Shown here piece after piece: positions 25,782 to 36,085 of a DNA stretch of 43,531 nucleotides. The translations under genes were made by a program, and so were the position numbers. How positions within the stretch are numbered: the stretch's first letter is position 1; every line of letters begins with the position of its first letter. The notes below the pieces were generated by a model, which was given only the letters and a program-made list of their open reading frames with translations, searched no databases and was not told the DNA's origin. Where the stretch lies: sequence record DRR723986_647. The stretch is one strand, 5' to 3'.

Positions 25782-26882
25782 ATGAGGAAAAATATGGACA
25801 GGTTATCAATACTTATGACGCCCCGGAAAATCATTCTCCTGCTGTTAGGCATGGCGTTGCTTGCTTCCTGTACCATAACGCCTAAAGACCTGCCGATTGA
25901 AGGCGCGCCCGCACACCATACAACCCGGGGCTTCAAAAACCTCTATATTGAAGACCCGCAGAAATCATTTTTCTCGTTCCTGCGCCTTCGCATGTTCGGC
26001 GATGATAAATGGGCTGATCATGAGAAAACCGCAGGCGATGTACCCTTTCAACAGCTTGACCTTGACCGGGTGGAGAACCCGCCTGAAGAACTACAGATAA
26101 GCTGGCTTGGCCACTCCACTTTTCTCATTCAATATCAGGGCATTAACATTTTAACTGACCCTATTTTCAGCAACCGTGCTTCGCCTATGTCGTTTGCCGG
26201 GCCAAAGCGCTATGTCCCCCATGTGGTGAATTATGCCCTGCTGCCGCCCATTGACTATGTGGTTATCAGCCATAACCACTATGACCATCTGGACGACACA
26301 GCGGTTAAACTTTTGGGTAACGCCCCACACTATTTTGTCCCACTGGGATTGAAAGACTGGTTTCTCGACCAAGGCATTAACGGCAACAAAGTGCAGGAAC
26401 TGGACTGGTGGCAAATTGCCGACCCGGTGCGCACCGGCACGAACCTGAAAATTGAAGCCCAACCCTCGCAGCATTGGTCTGCGCGCGGGCTATATGACCG
26501 GCGCAAAACCCTGTGGGCCAGTTGGCATATCACGCTGGGCGAGAAAAAAATCTGGTTTGCAGGCGACACGGGCTACAACGACATTCTGTTTAAGGAAATT
26601 GGGGCCAAAAACGGCCCGGTTGACCTTGCGCTCATACCCATCGGGGCCTACGACCCACGTTCTTTCATGAAAACATACCACGTGGATCCGGACGAAGCGG
26701 TGATGATTCACCAAGACATCGGTGCGGTACAATCCATCGGCATGCATTGGGGCACCTATCCACTAACGGCGGAAGAACCCATGGACCCACCTCGGCGGTT
26801 AGCAGCAGCGCGCCTGCGTGAAGGCATTGCACCGCTAACCTTTCGCGCCCTGGATTTGGGCCAGACCGTCACAATACCCTAA
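25782..26882 (+). CDS. MBL-fold metallo-hydrolase, NAPE-PLD/RomA family lipoprotein
   Basis: Lipobox LASC; WLGHSTFL, TDPIFS, ISHNHYDHLD, FAGDTGY, PIGAYDPR and MHWGT. Confidence 0.9.
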   Translation: MRKNMDRLSILMTPRKIILLLLGMALLASCTITPKDLPIEGAPAHHTTRGFKNLYIEDPQKSFFSFLRLRMFGDDKWADHEKTAGDVPFQQLDLDRVENPPEELQISWLGHSTFLIQYQGINILTDPIFSNRASPMSFAGPKRYVPHVVNYALLPPIDYVVISHNHYDHLDDTAVKLLGNAPHYFVPLGLKDWFLDQGINGNKVQELDWWQIADPVRTGTNLKIEAQPSQHWSARGLYDRRKTLWASWHITLGEKKIWFAGDTGYNDILFKEIGAKNGPVDLALIPIGAYDPRSFMKTYHVDPDEAVMIHQDIGAVQSIGMHWGTYPLTAEEPMDPPRRLAAARLREGIAPLTFRALDLGQTVTIP

Positions 26883-26935
26883 ATGCCTTAGGGGCAGACT
26901 TTGTTTATACCTGCCATACCTATTATTTGGCATGT

Positions 26936-27619
26936 CTATAAAGCGACAAACAACCCAAATGAAAAGACATGGTTGGTGATGTTCGACGGACCAGCGCTAT
27001 TGATATGGTTCAGCAAATAGCCACCTTCAAACCGCAGGTTTTTTGCCATTTGCCAGCCAGCTCCAACAAAGGTACGGTTCTGGCCGTAGCCGGCACGAGG
27101 TCCCCAATCGGCATCGTTCAGGTCAACAAATAGTTCGTTCCAGGCAATGAAGGAATATTTCCCGTCCTCAAAAGGCCGGGCAAACCGCACAAGCTGGCGA
27201 ATACGCCAGCCGGTGTCACTCCCAAGGTCTGCAAAGCGCTGTTCAAGGCGTGTACGCCCAGACAGGCCGCCGCCTAAAACCTGCCCCATTGGGTAGGTTG
27301 CCTGTTGCCAGATGCGGTTTTCGCGCAGGTTGGGACCGTTCTCCCGGCGCGCGATAACACTGGCATAGCCTGCCCACAGCGAAAGCTTGTTGCTTACTTT
27401 CCAGCCCAATGCCGGGCGAATGATAGACACGCCAAGGTCGCTAACATTATCGCGCGAGCGGGCGTGGCCATCAAACCAAAGCAGCAGCTTGCTATCGTCC
27501 TTAACCGGGCCATTGATCGCAATAGACCCCCACAGTTGCGTGTCGCTTGCACCAGTTGAAACCAAAGGCACAGCTGCAATGAATGTTGCCGCAAGGGCGT
27601 GTTTTACTATTTTAAACAT
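26936..27619 (-). CDS. DUF2490-family outer-membrane protein
   Basis: Signal peptide; ENRIWQQ, RTRLEQRF, WNELF and QNRTFVG motifs. Confidence 0.8.
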   Translation of the reverse strand: MFKIVKHALAATFIAAVPLVSTGASDTQLWGSIAINGPVKDDSKLLLWFDGHARSRDNVSDLGVSIIRPALGWKVSNKLSLWAGYASVIARRENGPNLRENRIWQQATYPMGQVLGGGLSGRTRLEQRFADLGSDTGWRIRQLVRFARPFEDGKYSFIAWNELFVDLNDADWGPRAGYGQNRTFVGAGWQMAKNLRFEGGYLLNHINSAGPSNITNHVFSFGLFVAL

Positions 27620-27647
27620 AACGCTTCCCCCTCAGCCGTGCTTCAGC

Positions 27648-28451
27648 CTATTCCCAGCTTAATTCTGGATAGCTCGGGAACACAAGCGGCTCGTTAATGC
27701 CTTCTGCAGCCAGTTCTTCCGCCTGCGCACGCAGCGCCAGCAGGTCGTCTGTTAGCTTAAAGCGAAAACCACGCACTTCGCCCCAAAGCGCTTCAAACCC
27801 TTCCGGGTATTTGCCGGGGCCAAGCGCCAACTGCGGCCCGATAAGGTCGTAGCCTTCAACCAGCCGCGCCGCCTGTGCATTTTCAAAGGCATCAATGGCC
27901 ATGTAATAGCTTTCCAAAATTGCGCCAACTTTGGGCGCTGGCGCTCGGGCTTTCACCGCTTCAGTGGCGAAATACTCTTTAGTGACATCATGGCTGATGC
28001 TGTCGGCGTTACGCCACAAATGCATGGTTTTGCTGTTTTTAAGCACGCCGGTTTCCGGGTCAACAATCATCACCGTTGGCGTGGCGTAAATGGACGGCAT
28101 CCCAAACCGTTTGTTGACCGCACGGGCTTGGTCCAGGTGGCCAACGTCCACATACAGTGTTTCATAATCTGCCTCGATAATCGGCGAGATATTCTCATCG
28201 CGGAACTTTTTCACCAAGCCGCGGCTGTCGTGGCACCAAGTGGCCCCCATAACAATAAGCGCCAGCTTGCCGTCAGCCTTTGCGGTTGCCAGCGTTTTGT
28301 CCACATCAGCCATAACATTGGCGGTGGGCAGGAAGGGTGTTTCAAAGCCTTCTTCTTCGCTGGCCATTGCCACGGAAACATAGGCAAACACAGTCAGCGC
28401 AATCGCAGAGACAAGAGACATGAATGTTTTTTGGATAGCCGTATTGAACAC
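27648..28451 (-). CDS. Exported thioredoxin-fold protein
   Basis: Signal peptide; GATWCHDS (CxxS) motif and ATPT cis-Pro loop. Confidence 0.8.
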   Translation of the reverse strand: MFNTAIQKTFMSLVSAIALTVFAYVSVAMASEEEGFETPFLPTANVMADVDKTLATAKADGKLALIVMGATWCHDSRGLVKKFRDENISPIIEADYETLYVDVGHLDQARAVNKRFGMPSIYATPTVMIVDPETGVLKNSKTMHLWRNADSISHDVTKEYFATEAVKARAPAPKVGAILESYYMAIDAFENAQAARLVEGYDLIGPQLALGPGKYPEGFEALWGEVRGFRFKLTDDLLALRAQAEELAAEGINEPLVFPSYPELSWE

Positions 28452-28551
28452 AAAAGTTCCCCTTCAAATAGGTACCCGTTGTTAATAGAGCTACAAGCCG
28501 CGCGGCGCAATAGCTACAATCTGTCCCAAACGTAAGTTTAAGCGAGAAAAC

Positions 28552-29967
28552 TCAGGCGGCTTGCTGGTTAATTTCCGCGATGAATTGCTGCAGTTTCATC
28601 ATGGCCGGTGCGCCGTTATTTTTCATGGTCATGAGAATATCCATGGTTTCAGGTTCGCTGGTGTCCGCGTCCTGCACAAGGCGGGTGAAACCATCCAGCC
28701 GGTTATTCTTGATCCAGGCCCGCAGGGTCTTATCCTGTGACCAGCGCATCTGGTTCATCATCAAACCAGCAGTGCAAATAATCCAGTCCGTGTTGTGGTT
28801 TGGCAGCGGCACAACCGTGCACAGGTCGTTTTTCTCGCGCTCAGTGTCATAGTGGGCCTCTACATAAGCAACAAAAGCGCCAGAGAATACGGGCTGAATG
28901 GTACGCACGGTTTGGATGGTAATGGTGTCGCCGTCAAACACGGGGTACGTTTCCGTTACCGGCACAGCGCGGGCTGAACAATCCACATACAGAGCGTCTT
29001 TGTCCGTGGGCATAGTTCCCTTCTCGAACTGGATTTCAGTGTCGGTGATGTGGGATACCCGGCCAAGACGGATGATATTCTTAATGCGGCGCAATTGCTC
29101 CATTTCAAGCTGGCTGATGGTGGCACCGTGATACATCTCTGGCTTTACGCTTTCGTCAATGCGCACAAGGCAGTTTGCCGCCTCTAGTCGATCAAACAAA
29201 TTATCTATCGAGTCTGCATTGGCGATACATTCCATTTGGCGCGCCTGCGCCCCAATAGTGGACTTGAAAAACTCTTTGGCAGGCTGCGTATTCTCACGCG
29301 GGATTAGCCAGCCATCACGCGGCATGATCCATTTTATCATGTCCGGGTCCACGCCCTTCTCGAGCAGCCATAAGCAGGCATCAATGCCGGTTTTACCGCC
29401 ACCCACCACAACATAAGCTGACGGTATTTCATTAATGCTTGGCAGGGCGTTCAAAGGCACACGGGTTAAGCCTTCGTCAATGGTGTAGCTGGGTGTGTGG
29501 GTGGATGGCACCGAGGTTTTGAAGTAAGTTGCATCAACAATCTTTTTCTTCACGTCCACTTCAAAGGTATCGCCAGAGCTGATGCCACGGAATTTGCCGT
29601 CGCCCTCATAGTCGCACATGGGGAAATATTGCACGCGGCCCGTTGGCAAAAACGTGTGTTTCATCACCTGATCGAAGTAAGCGCTAACCTCCGGGCCAGA
29701 CGCCAGCTCCATCAAGCCCTTGTTCAGACCCACTTCATCCTTAAGGCCCGTGCCAAGCGGTTTTGAGCTTACGCCGTAAAAAGCAGACGGCTGATGCAGG
29801 TTCACAAAACTATAGGCGTCATTCCAGTGGCCGCCGGGCATATGGTGCCGGTCGACCATGATGATGGAGGCCTCCTTGTTTTCCGATAGCATCACGTCGG
29901 CAAACGCCATACCAACCGCACCGGTGCCAATGATCAGATAGTCTGCTTCCAACTTATGATGCGCCAT
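28552..29967 (-). CDS. NAD(P)/FAD-dependent oxidoreductase
   Basis: Rossmann motifs IIGTGAVG and VVGGGKTG; PGGHWNDAY. Start 29967 from RBS GGAG. Confidence 0.85.
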   Translation of the reverse strand: MAHHKLEADYLIIGTGAVGMAFADVMLSENKEASIIMVDRHHMPGGHWNDAYSFVNLHQPSAFYGVSSKPLGTGLKDEVGLNKGLMELASGPEVSAYFDQVMKHTFLPTGRVQYFPMCDYEGDGKFRGISSGDTFEVDVKKKIVDATYFKTSVPSTHTPSYTIDEGLTRVPLNALPSINEIPSAYVVVGGGKTGIDACLWLLEKGVDPDMIKWIMPRDGWLIPRENTQPAKEFFKSTIGAQARQMECIANADSIDNLFDRLEAANCLVRIDESVKPEMYHGATISQLEMEQLRRIKNIIRLGRVSHITDTEIQFEKGTMPTDKDALYVDCSARAVPVTETYPVFDGDTITIQTVRTIQPVFSGAFVAYVEAHYDTEREKNDLCTVVPLPNHNTDWIICTAGLMMNQMRWSQDKTLRAWIKNNRLDGFTRLVQDADTSEPETMDILMTMKNNGAPAMMKLQQFIAEINQQAA

Positions 29968-30048
29968 GATCGTTTCTCCAAAACTGCTTTTGCTTTGTCC
30001 TCTGCCGTCAGTCACCTCACGAAAGCTGGACAAAGCTCTATTAAAAAT

Positions 30049-30086
30049 ATAACACTGTTATGGCGAGGTATATAACACTGTTATAT
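30049..30086. promoter_or_regulatory. Two palindromic TetR operators ATAACACTGTTAT
   Basis: Identical palindromes at 30049-30061 and 30072-30084, between the divergent oxidoreductase and TetR genes. Confidence 0.8.
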
Positions 30087-30137
30087 TTTGTCAACCCCTG
30101 TTATAGTCGCCTGGCAAAAAGCCACAAGAGCAACCAG

Positions 30138-30710
30138 ATGAACGATACAAAACAGAAAATACTTGATGCAGCCTCAGCCCTGTTCCTTGAGGGCGGTGCA
30201 GCGGCACTAAGTGTGCGGGCTATTGCAGGCCGGGCGGCCATTTCTACCATTGGCATTTATAGCCATTTCAAAGGCAAGCAGGGCATTCTGGATGCGCTGT
30301 ATACTGAAGCGGCTGAGCTGGCGTCAGCCGCGATGGACGTACCATTTGAGACAATGACACCACGCGCGGCATTTCTGCAGGCCGCGAATAATTATGTCTC
30401 ACTATCGGAAACCCACGAAGCGCACTATCGGCTGTTTTTCGGCGAAAGCGACCCCGGCTACACCCCCTCAGAGAAGGCACAAGCGGCAGGTGCAAGCGCC
30501 TTTGGCAAACTGCTACGCCTCACCGCCTATATCATGCCCGAAGGCACAAGCGAAGACGCATGCCGGGAAACTGCGCTGGGCACCTGGGCGCTCATGCACG
30601 GGTTTTTCGGCTTGCGCCACCATGCAGGTGCTGACCAAATGCAGGTGAGCGACTGGCGCGCCCTCATTTTAAAGACCGTGGCGGGCCAAATGGACCATAT
30701 TATTGGCTAG
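30138..30710 (+). CDS. TetR/AcrR-family regulator (WHG C-terminal domain)
   Basis: ILDAASALFLEGGAAALSVRAIA...IYSHFKGKQ; WALMHG. Confidence 0.9.
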   Translation: MNDTKQKILDAASALFLEGGAAALSVRAIAGRAAISTIGIYSHFKGKQGILDALYTEAAELASAAMDVPFETMTPRAAFLQAANNYVSLSETHEAHYRLFFGESDPGYTPSEKAQAAGASAFGKLLRLTAYIMPEGTSEDACRETALGTWALMHGFFGLRHHAGADQMQVSDWRALILKTVAGQMDHIIG

Positions 30711-30711
30711 G

Positions 30712-31629
30712 CTAGCGGTACGTTACCCGCTTAATTTCTTGTGCCTCATCCAGCGCCATTACCACATCAGCGCGGGCGGGCATTTCAGTGAGCATGTGGC
30801 GGGTTAGCCGCTCATAATGCATGATGAACCGACCGATAGCAGCTTCGTCCATCAGACCAATCGCTTTCTCAGAATTTGCGTCGCCCTTCGCACGCAGTTT
30901 GCTTTCCTGTAATGACCTGAACGCAGCGACGCATTCAAAGTTTGGTACTTTCAGCATGATCAAATAATCAAGCCTGGCAAAAAAGGCCGTGTAGGGGCCA
31001 GCAAGTTGGTCATTGACGAAGGTGCGCCATACACCGTCAGGGTCTTCGTTTTGCTCAAGCGCATTCACCGGCGCAAGCATATCCGCCGCGGCCTGCGGGC
31101 GCGCACCAACGCACCAGCCCTCAAGCAAAATAATATCAACCGGTGTTGAAACCGCAGTCCAATCGGAGAGCGGCGCCCTATCATCCTGCGCTTTATCAAA
31201 ATGGGGAATGCTAACAGTCTCCGCACCCGCTCCTGCCAACCTGTCCAACAGCCGCATACCCAGCGCAACCTCGTGGGTTCCCGGCACACCGCGCGTCACC
31301 AACAACGGGTGACGTTCCTTCGCCAAGGCAGCGCGCTCATCGCGAGTTAAATATAAATCATCCAGCGACAGCACCGCCGTTTTCAGGATATGCCCTTCTT
31401 CCAACAACAGCTTCAGGAAAAGCGCGAGGGTTGACTTGCCGCTGCCCTGCCCGCCGTTAATGCCAACCACAAGCGGGCCAGCCTTAGACTGCTCTCGTTC
31501 TACCTTGGCCAAATGATCAGCGAGCGGCCTATAAAAGCGGTCAATGGTCTGGCCGAAATCCGCTGGCAGGCGTTCAGCCTGAATGGTGCTTTCCAGTAAT
31601 ACGGACAGGTTTTCATTTTTGGTCGTCAT
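30712..31629 (-). CDS. P-loop kinase, D-glycerate 3-kinase (GLYK)-like
   Basis: GINGGQGSGKST, LSLDDLYL, TRGVPGTH, EGWCVG and HYERLT. Confidence 0.8.
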   Translation of the reverse strand: MTTKNENLSVLLESTIQAERLPADFGQTIDRFYRPLADHLAKVEREQSKAGPLVVGINGGQGSGKSTLALFLKLLLEEGHILKTAVLSLDDLYLTRDERAALAKERHPLLVTRGVPGTHEVALGMRLLDRLAGAGAETVSIPHFDKAQDDRAPLSDWTAVSTPVDIILLEGWCVGARPQAAADMLAPVNALEQNEDPDGVWRTFVNDQLAGPYTAFFARLDYLIMLKVPNFECVAAFRSLQESKLRAKGDANSEKAIGLMDEAAIGRFIMHYERLTRHMLTEMPARADVVMALDEAQEIKRVTYR

Positions 31630-31645
31630 GTTAATCCGGCCCAAT

Positions 31646-32842
31646 TTATTCTGGTATGGGCGAGCAGGCCCACTCTGTTGTTTCAGCCCCAATCAAACGA
31701 CCAAAGCGCGCCAACTCAGCACCCAGTTTCGCACGACGCGCGTCTGTCCATTTAACCCTGTCTTCGCGCCATAAGCCTGTAACCGTAACCACACCTTTTT
31801 TTCGGTCTGCTTTGGCTTCCATACGACCCACGAACCGGTCGCCTTCAAGTAGCGGATAAACATAATAGCCCCAGCGCCGGTCTTTTGCCGGCACGAACAT
31901 TTCATTTTTATACTCAAAGCCAAACAGGCGGGCTAACCTCATCCTGTCGCGCACAGCGGGGTCAAACGGGTTGATGATGCGCAGCCTGCTTGAGGGCGCG
32001 GCGACGCTATCCAGTCGCGCGGCAATGTCCGGGGCGGCAAATGCAGTGCTCCAGCTGCCGTCCGCACCTTGCAATTCTATCGGTACCAAATGGTCAGTGG
32101 CTGTGGCGGCCCATGTCTTCACTTCAGGCGCGCTGGTCGCATCCCAAAACCGCTGAATTTCACCCAGTGTGCCAAACCCCATCCGCCACAGCGCCTGTCG
32201 GCACAACCAGTTAATTTGGTCTTGGTTGCTGTGGTCTGTCTCGTAATGTTCTGGCGCAATCACCCGTTCGGCCAAATCGTAAAACTTAACGAAATTCTCC
32301 CGGTGGGACGTGGCCAGCTCGCCCGAATACCACATGGCGTCCAGCGCTTTTTTGTGCGGCGGCCGCGCCCACATTTCCTTTTTGCCTTTCACGCGTGTGT
32401 CAAAGTCGCGGGTGCTGAGCGGCCCTTCGTTCTTGATGCGGTCTTTAATGGCCTGCAAATCAGCGCGTTTCAGGCTGGAGCCATACCATTTGGAGCTACG
32501 CACTTTCGCGTCCATGCGCGCAAGCTGGCGCTTCCAGTAAGGGTAAAACTCCACCGGCAACACCGAGGCATCATGGGTGAAATGCTCAAACACTTGCCGG
32601 TGTTCACCCAGAAGCTGATCGAACATCGGCTCGCGGTAATTTTGGTTCCGGCTCCAGAGAATATGGTGGTGCGCCCGGGTAACATTCTGGATCGTGTCAA
32701 GCTGCACAAACCCAAGTGCCCGAATGATGGGCATGAGGCCCAAAGCACCTTTAAGCGCACCAGTGGGGGCAGCGCCTAGCCCCTGCCCGGCAAGCCAAAG
32801 CCCGCGCGCTTGCTTATTAGGTATTTTCACCGCTACCACCAC
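31646..32842 (-). CDS. ycaQ: YcaQ/AlkZ-family crosslink-repair DNA glycosylase (winged helix)
   Basis: QLDTI (QxD), NPFDPAVRDR, FGFEY..E and RRWGYYVYPLL. Confidence 0.85.
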   Translation of the reverse strand: MVVAVKIPNKQARGLWLAGQGLGAAPTGALKGALGLMPIIRALGFVQLDTIQNVTRAHHHILWSRNQNYREPMFDQLLGEHRQVFEHFTHDASVLPVEFYPYWKRQLARMDAKVRSSKWYGSSLKRADLQAIKDRIKNEGPLSTRDFDTRVKGKKEMWARPPHKKALDAMWYSGELATSHRENFVKFYDLAERVIAPEHYETDHSNQDQINWLCRQALWRMGFGTLGEIQRFWDATSAPEVKTWAATATDHLVPIELQGADGSWSTAFAAPDIAARLDSVAAPSSRLRIINPFDPAVRDRMRLARLFGFEYKNEMFVPAKDRRWGYYVYPLLEGDRFVGRMEAKADRKKGVVTVTGLWREDRVKWTDARRAKLGAELARFGRLIGAETTEWACSPIPE

Positions 32843-32905
32843 CTATCATACCTGCTTGGCGTATAGCCTTCTATGGCTGTTGCAGGATAGAGAATTTTAA
32901 ACGTA

Positions 32906-33418
32906 TCAAGCGGCCGGTTGCCATAGCTGAATCCCGTTTCCTTCGGGGTCCAGAAGGTCAGCGAAACGACCATGAGGATAATCAGCAATGTCGGAAACGG
33001 TGTTGCCATTAGCCCTGAGCTGCTCAACCATTCTCGCAAGGTCGTTCACCCGAAAGTTTATCATCCAGCTTTTGCCTTCAGGGATCATATCATTTTGCAT
33101 TTCAAACGGATCAAATACCGTGAAGCCTGCTTCTTGCTGCCACGGTGCACCGCCAGATTTTTGCGGCGCAAGATCAACACCAAGGTTGTCGTTATACCAT
33201 GTACCTAACGCATCAGGGTCTTTTGCACGAAAAAAGAACCCACCAATACCTGTAACTTTTTGCATAGAATCTCCTTTTGCTTCTGATGATCTGACTGCGC
33301 CGTAACCGGAAAGCGCAACTGTTATTCCGGCTGTTATTGCCAACTTGGAAGCGTTTCTGCGCGTGATGCCCGAAGCCTTCTCCGGCGACTTTTTTTGTCT
33401 AGCTTGCTTTGATGTCAA
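32906..33418 (-). CDS. VOC (glyoxalase/bleomycin-resistance) family protein
   Basis: KVTGIGGFFFRAKDP and GRFADLLDPEGNGIQLWQP; N-terminal extension with TRR; alternative internal ATG at MQKV. Confidence 0.85.
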   Translation of the reverse strand: MTSKQARQKKSPEKASGITRRNASKLAITAGITVALSGYGAVRSSEAKGDSMQKVTGIGGFFFRAKDPDALGTWYNDNLGVDLAPQKSGGAPWQQEAGFTVFDPFEMQNDMIPEGKSWMINFRVNDLARMVEQLRANGNTVSDIADYPHGRFADLLDPEGNGIQLWQPAA

Positions 33419-33538
33419 AGGTCCCTCCCATAGGCTTTAGTCTTCCATAATCTAGCGGCGGTATTATAGCGGCGCTTCTGCTTCGCTCGTTATATTTTTA
33501 TTTGTCAGTTTAGACCTGTTCGTTGCCAAAGCTGGCGA

Positions 33539-33928
33539 CTAAAAGTGCAATTCAATCAACTGAATTAGATTACCGCATGTGTCATCAAAAATTGCAGTTG
33601 TTGCTTCTCCCGCTTTCATTGGCTCCTGAGTGAAGTCAACACCCGCCGCCTTCAGCCTTTTCACTTCGGCATTTATGTCCTCAACACTGAAGGCTGTCCA
33701 AGGAATGCCTTCTGCCATTAGCGAAGCCTGGAAGGTACGAGACGCAGGGTGCTGGTTAGGCTCCAGCGCCAGTTCTACGCCGTCAGGCTCCTCCGATGAA
33801 ACAAGGGTAATCCAGCTAAATTCTCCCATGGGAATGTTGTGCTTAACCACAAACCCGAGCTTACTGGTATAGAAATCCAGCGCTTTAGCCTGATCATCAA
33901 CAATCAGGCTTTTAATATACATCTTCAT
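33539..33928 (-). CDS. VOC family protein
   Basis: VDDQAKALDFYT and AIFDDTCGNLIQL. Confidence 0.9.
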   Translation of the reverse strand: MKMYIKSLIVDDQAKALDFYTSKLGFVVKHNIPMGEFSWITLVSSEEPDGVELALEPNQHPASRTFQASLMAEGIPWTAFSVEDINAEVKRLKAAGVDFTQEPMKAGEATTAIFDDTCGNLIQLIELHF

Positions 33929-34005
33929 GTTCTAGTCCTCAATTTCTCGCTTGGTAGCAAAGCCCAGATGCTCTCAATACCACGGCCTGAGCCAAACACA
34001 CATAT

Positions 34006-34225
34006 TTACCGCACACAGGCTTTCATTTTGAAAGTAATCTTGTTTTTATCTTCCAGATCAGAAATTGTCGCCACCAATCCATCGTCAGACTTTGCATACA
34101 CAACGCGCTGCGGAAAGTCATTGTCCGCATTTTCAAATGAAATGGACGTTACCGTATGTTTGGTTGAAACAAACTCTGTGGGGGGAACACCGTTAGGCGA
34201 GGCAGAAAAGATAAAATGCAGCGCC
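34006..34225 (-). pseudogene. N-terminally truncated DUF6265-like fragment
   Basis: Contains FENADNDFPQRVVY, the C-terminal motif of that family, but lacks a credible start, signal peptide and N-terminal half. Confidence 0.4.
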
Positions 34226-34283
34226 ACCTTAATGTAACGGCGGCGCTGCACGGGTCATCAAAGCGGTGCTGGTAATCAAACAG

Positions 34284-35021
34284 TCAGTTCTTCGGTGCGG
34301 GCGGCGTGAGGTACATTTGGTGCACATGCTTTATGCCGCTGTGGTCCATGGCTAAATTCTTCTGCAAAAACGCATCAAACGCCGCCTGATTATCCCACTC
34401 TGTGATGGTGACATGCTCGGGCGTATAGTCATACCCGAAAGGAGAGCGCGGGTTGGTCAGCTCCAGTTTCACAGCACCGCCGCTGGCTTTGGCCGTTTGC
34501 ATAAACTCTTTGATGAAAGCATTAAATTGGCGACTATCCTGTTTCCAGTAAGCGGTAAACACCTGAATTTTATCCCGGCGCACAGTGAAGGACTTATCTT
34601 CCTTCAGTTCATAGTTGATCATGTCAAACCGGGACCAGATATCGAGCCTGCGATCATTCAGGTCAGGCACCGCCGCTTTCAGTTGCCGCAGCCCTTCTGC
34701 GCGGTCATCAAAGTCGCCGGGCCATGCACCAAAAATCAACAAATCAGGGTAGGAATTACCCTGTGTTGGTTTGCGGGTAATGTTGAAACCACCAATGCCC
34801 TTATAGTCTAGCGCCCGCGCCTCTGACACGGCATCACGAGCGTAGGCTCTAAACGCCTCTTGTGTGCCGGGGCGCTGGGTTAAAAATAGAAAATCAATCA
34901 CCTGCCCTGCCTCAAAATTATAAGTTCGCTCAGAAGCATCGGTTTGAGCATTCACCCCACAAGAGATGCCTGCTGCCATAAGAGCCAAGCCCACAAGAGG
35001 CCGCTTGAGATATTTTATCAT
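34284..35021 (-). CDS. Exported DUF1330-like dimeric alpha-beta barrel protein
   Basis: Start MIKYLKRP (RBS GAAGGA) with signal peptide; two ferredoxin-like repeats (ITEWDNQAAFDAF). Confidence 0.65.
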   Translation of the reverse strand: MIKYLKRPLVGLALMAAGISCGVNAQTDASERTYNFEAGQVIDFLFLTQRPGTQEAFRAYARDAVSEARALDYKGIGGFNITRKPTQGNSYPDLLIFGAWPGDFDDRAEGLRQLKAAVPDLNDRRLDIWSRFDMINYELKEDKSFTVRRDKIQVFTAYWKQDSRQFNAFIKEFMQTAKASGGAVKLELTNPRSPFGYDYTPEHVTITEWDNQAAFDAFLQKNLAMDHSGIKHVHQMYLTPPAPKN

Positions 35022-35130
35022 TATCGTTCCTTCGCTGATAAGGGCGAACACAGCCGTTCGCCGTTTTGTTTGCCCTGCTTCCATAAAACGCCTTCGCTCG
35101 GCAAAAGAAGACCTGACAACACACATCCTC

Positions 35131-35146
35131 TGTGCAAATATGCACA
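35131..35146. promoter_or_regulatory. LysR-type operator palindrome TGTGCA-AATA-TGCACA
   Basis: Dyad at the LysR start within the divergent promoter. Confidence 0.55.
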
Positions 35147-35148
35147 GC

Positions 35149-36054
35149 ATGAACTGGGATGACCTGCGAATATTGGAATGCTGTGCGAGAACTGGCTCTT
35201 TTGCTGGGGCTTCAGCTGAATTGAAGTTAAGCCACAGCTCCATCTCGCGGCGAATGACAGCCCTTGAAAGCGATCTCAACATTACGTTACTACGCCGCAG
35301 TGCCACTGGCGTTACGCTTACAGAGACAGGCCTGTCCATTATTGCACATACAGGCGATATGGCGGCGGCGGCCTTGGCGGTTCAAAACACCACCGAAAAA
35401 ACAGAACAGCTTTCAGGCCGCATTATTTTTGAAACCATCGATGCCACTGCCTTCAGCATTATGCCCTATCTGCGCGAATTCAGTGACCGCCACCCGGACA
35501 TTGAGATTGACCTGCGCTTAAGGCAAACCATGGTTGACCTGAGCTTGGGCCAAGCAGACGTTGTGCTGCGCGCCACCAATGAACCCACGCCGGACTATGT
35601 GGGTTATCATGTGGCAAACCATGCGTTCGGTGTGTTCGGTGCTTTGAGCCTTGTGAACAGTTATCCGCCCGGCACACCGCTCAGTGAAATGCCGTGGGTA
35701 CTGTGGGGCAACGGCTGGACCGACACATGGATGGAAGAGCTGTGCCTGAACCCCCGTGTGGCCATGCGGGTAGACACGGCATACGGCATGGCACAGGCAA
35801 TGCGCAGCGGCATTGGCATTGGGCATATGGCCTGCAACGCCGTTGCGCACGATGAGCAGTTTTTATGCCTGCGAAAGCCCGAGCAGAAGCAAAACCTGCA
35901 AATATGGCTGCTGGCCCATGAAAGCACACGCCGCAACCAGCGCGTAACCACCTTCATGAAGTTTTTGCGGCAAAAAATAGCGGATCAACGCCCCCATATA
36001 GAAGGCAAGCGCGGCAGCCCAACCCGGTCACTGGAAGTACCGCTGTTCAGATGA
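35149..36054 (+). CDS. LysR-family transcriptional regulator
   Basis: MNWDDLRIL...GSFAGASAELKLSHSSISRRMTALE HTH and substrate-binding domain. Confidence 0.95.
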   Translation: MNWDDLRILECCARTGSFAGASAELKLSHSSISRRMTALESDLNITLLRRSATGVTLTETGLSIIAHTGDMAAAALAVQNTTEKTEQLSGRIIFETIDATAFSIMPYLREFSDRHPDIEIDLRLRQTMVDLSLGQADVVLRATNEPTPDYVGYHVANHAFGVFGALSLVNSYPPGTPLSEMPWVLWGNGWTDTWMEELCLNPRVAMRVDTAYGMAQAMRSGIGIGHMACNAVAHDEQFLCLRKPEQKQNLQIWLLAHESTRRNQRVTTFMKFLRQKIADQRPHIEGKRGSPTRSLEVPLFR

Positions 36055-36085
36055 CGTGCAACCAGCAATAACAAATCAACAGAAA

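Noticed and set aside
35022-35339. Long N-terminal extensions of ORFs 34284-35339 and 34966-36054 given in the track
   Set aside because: They overlap each other; RBS and domain boundaries support starts at 35021 and 35149.
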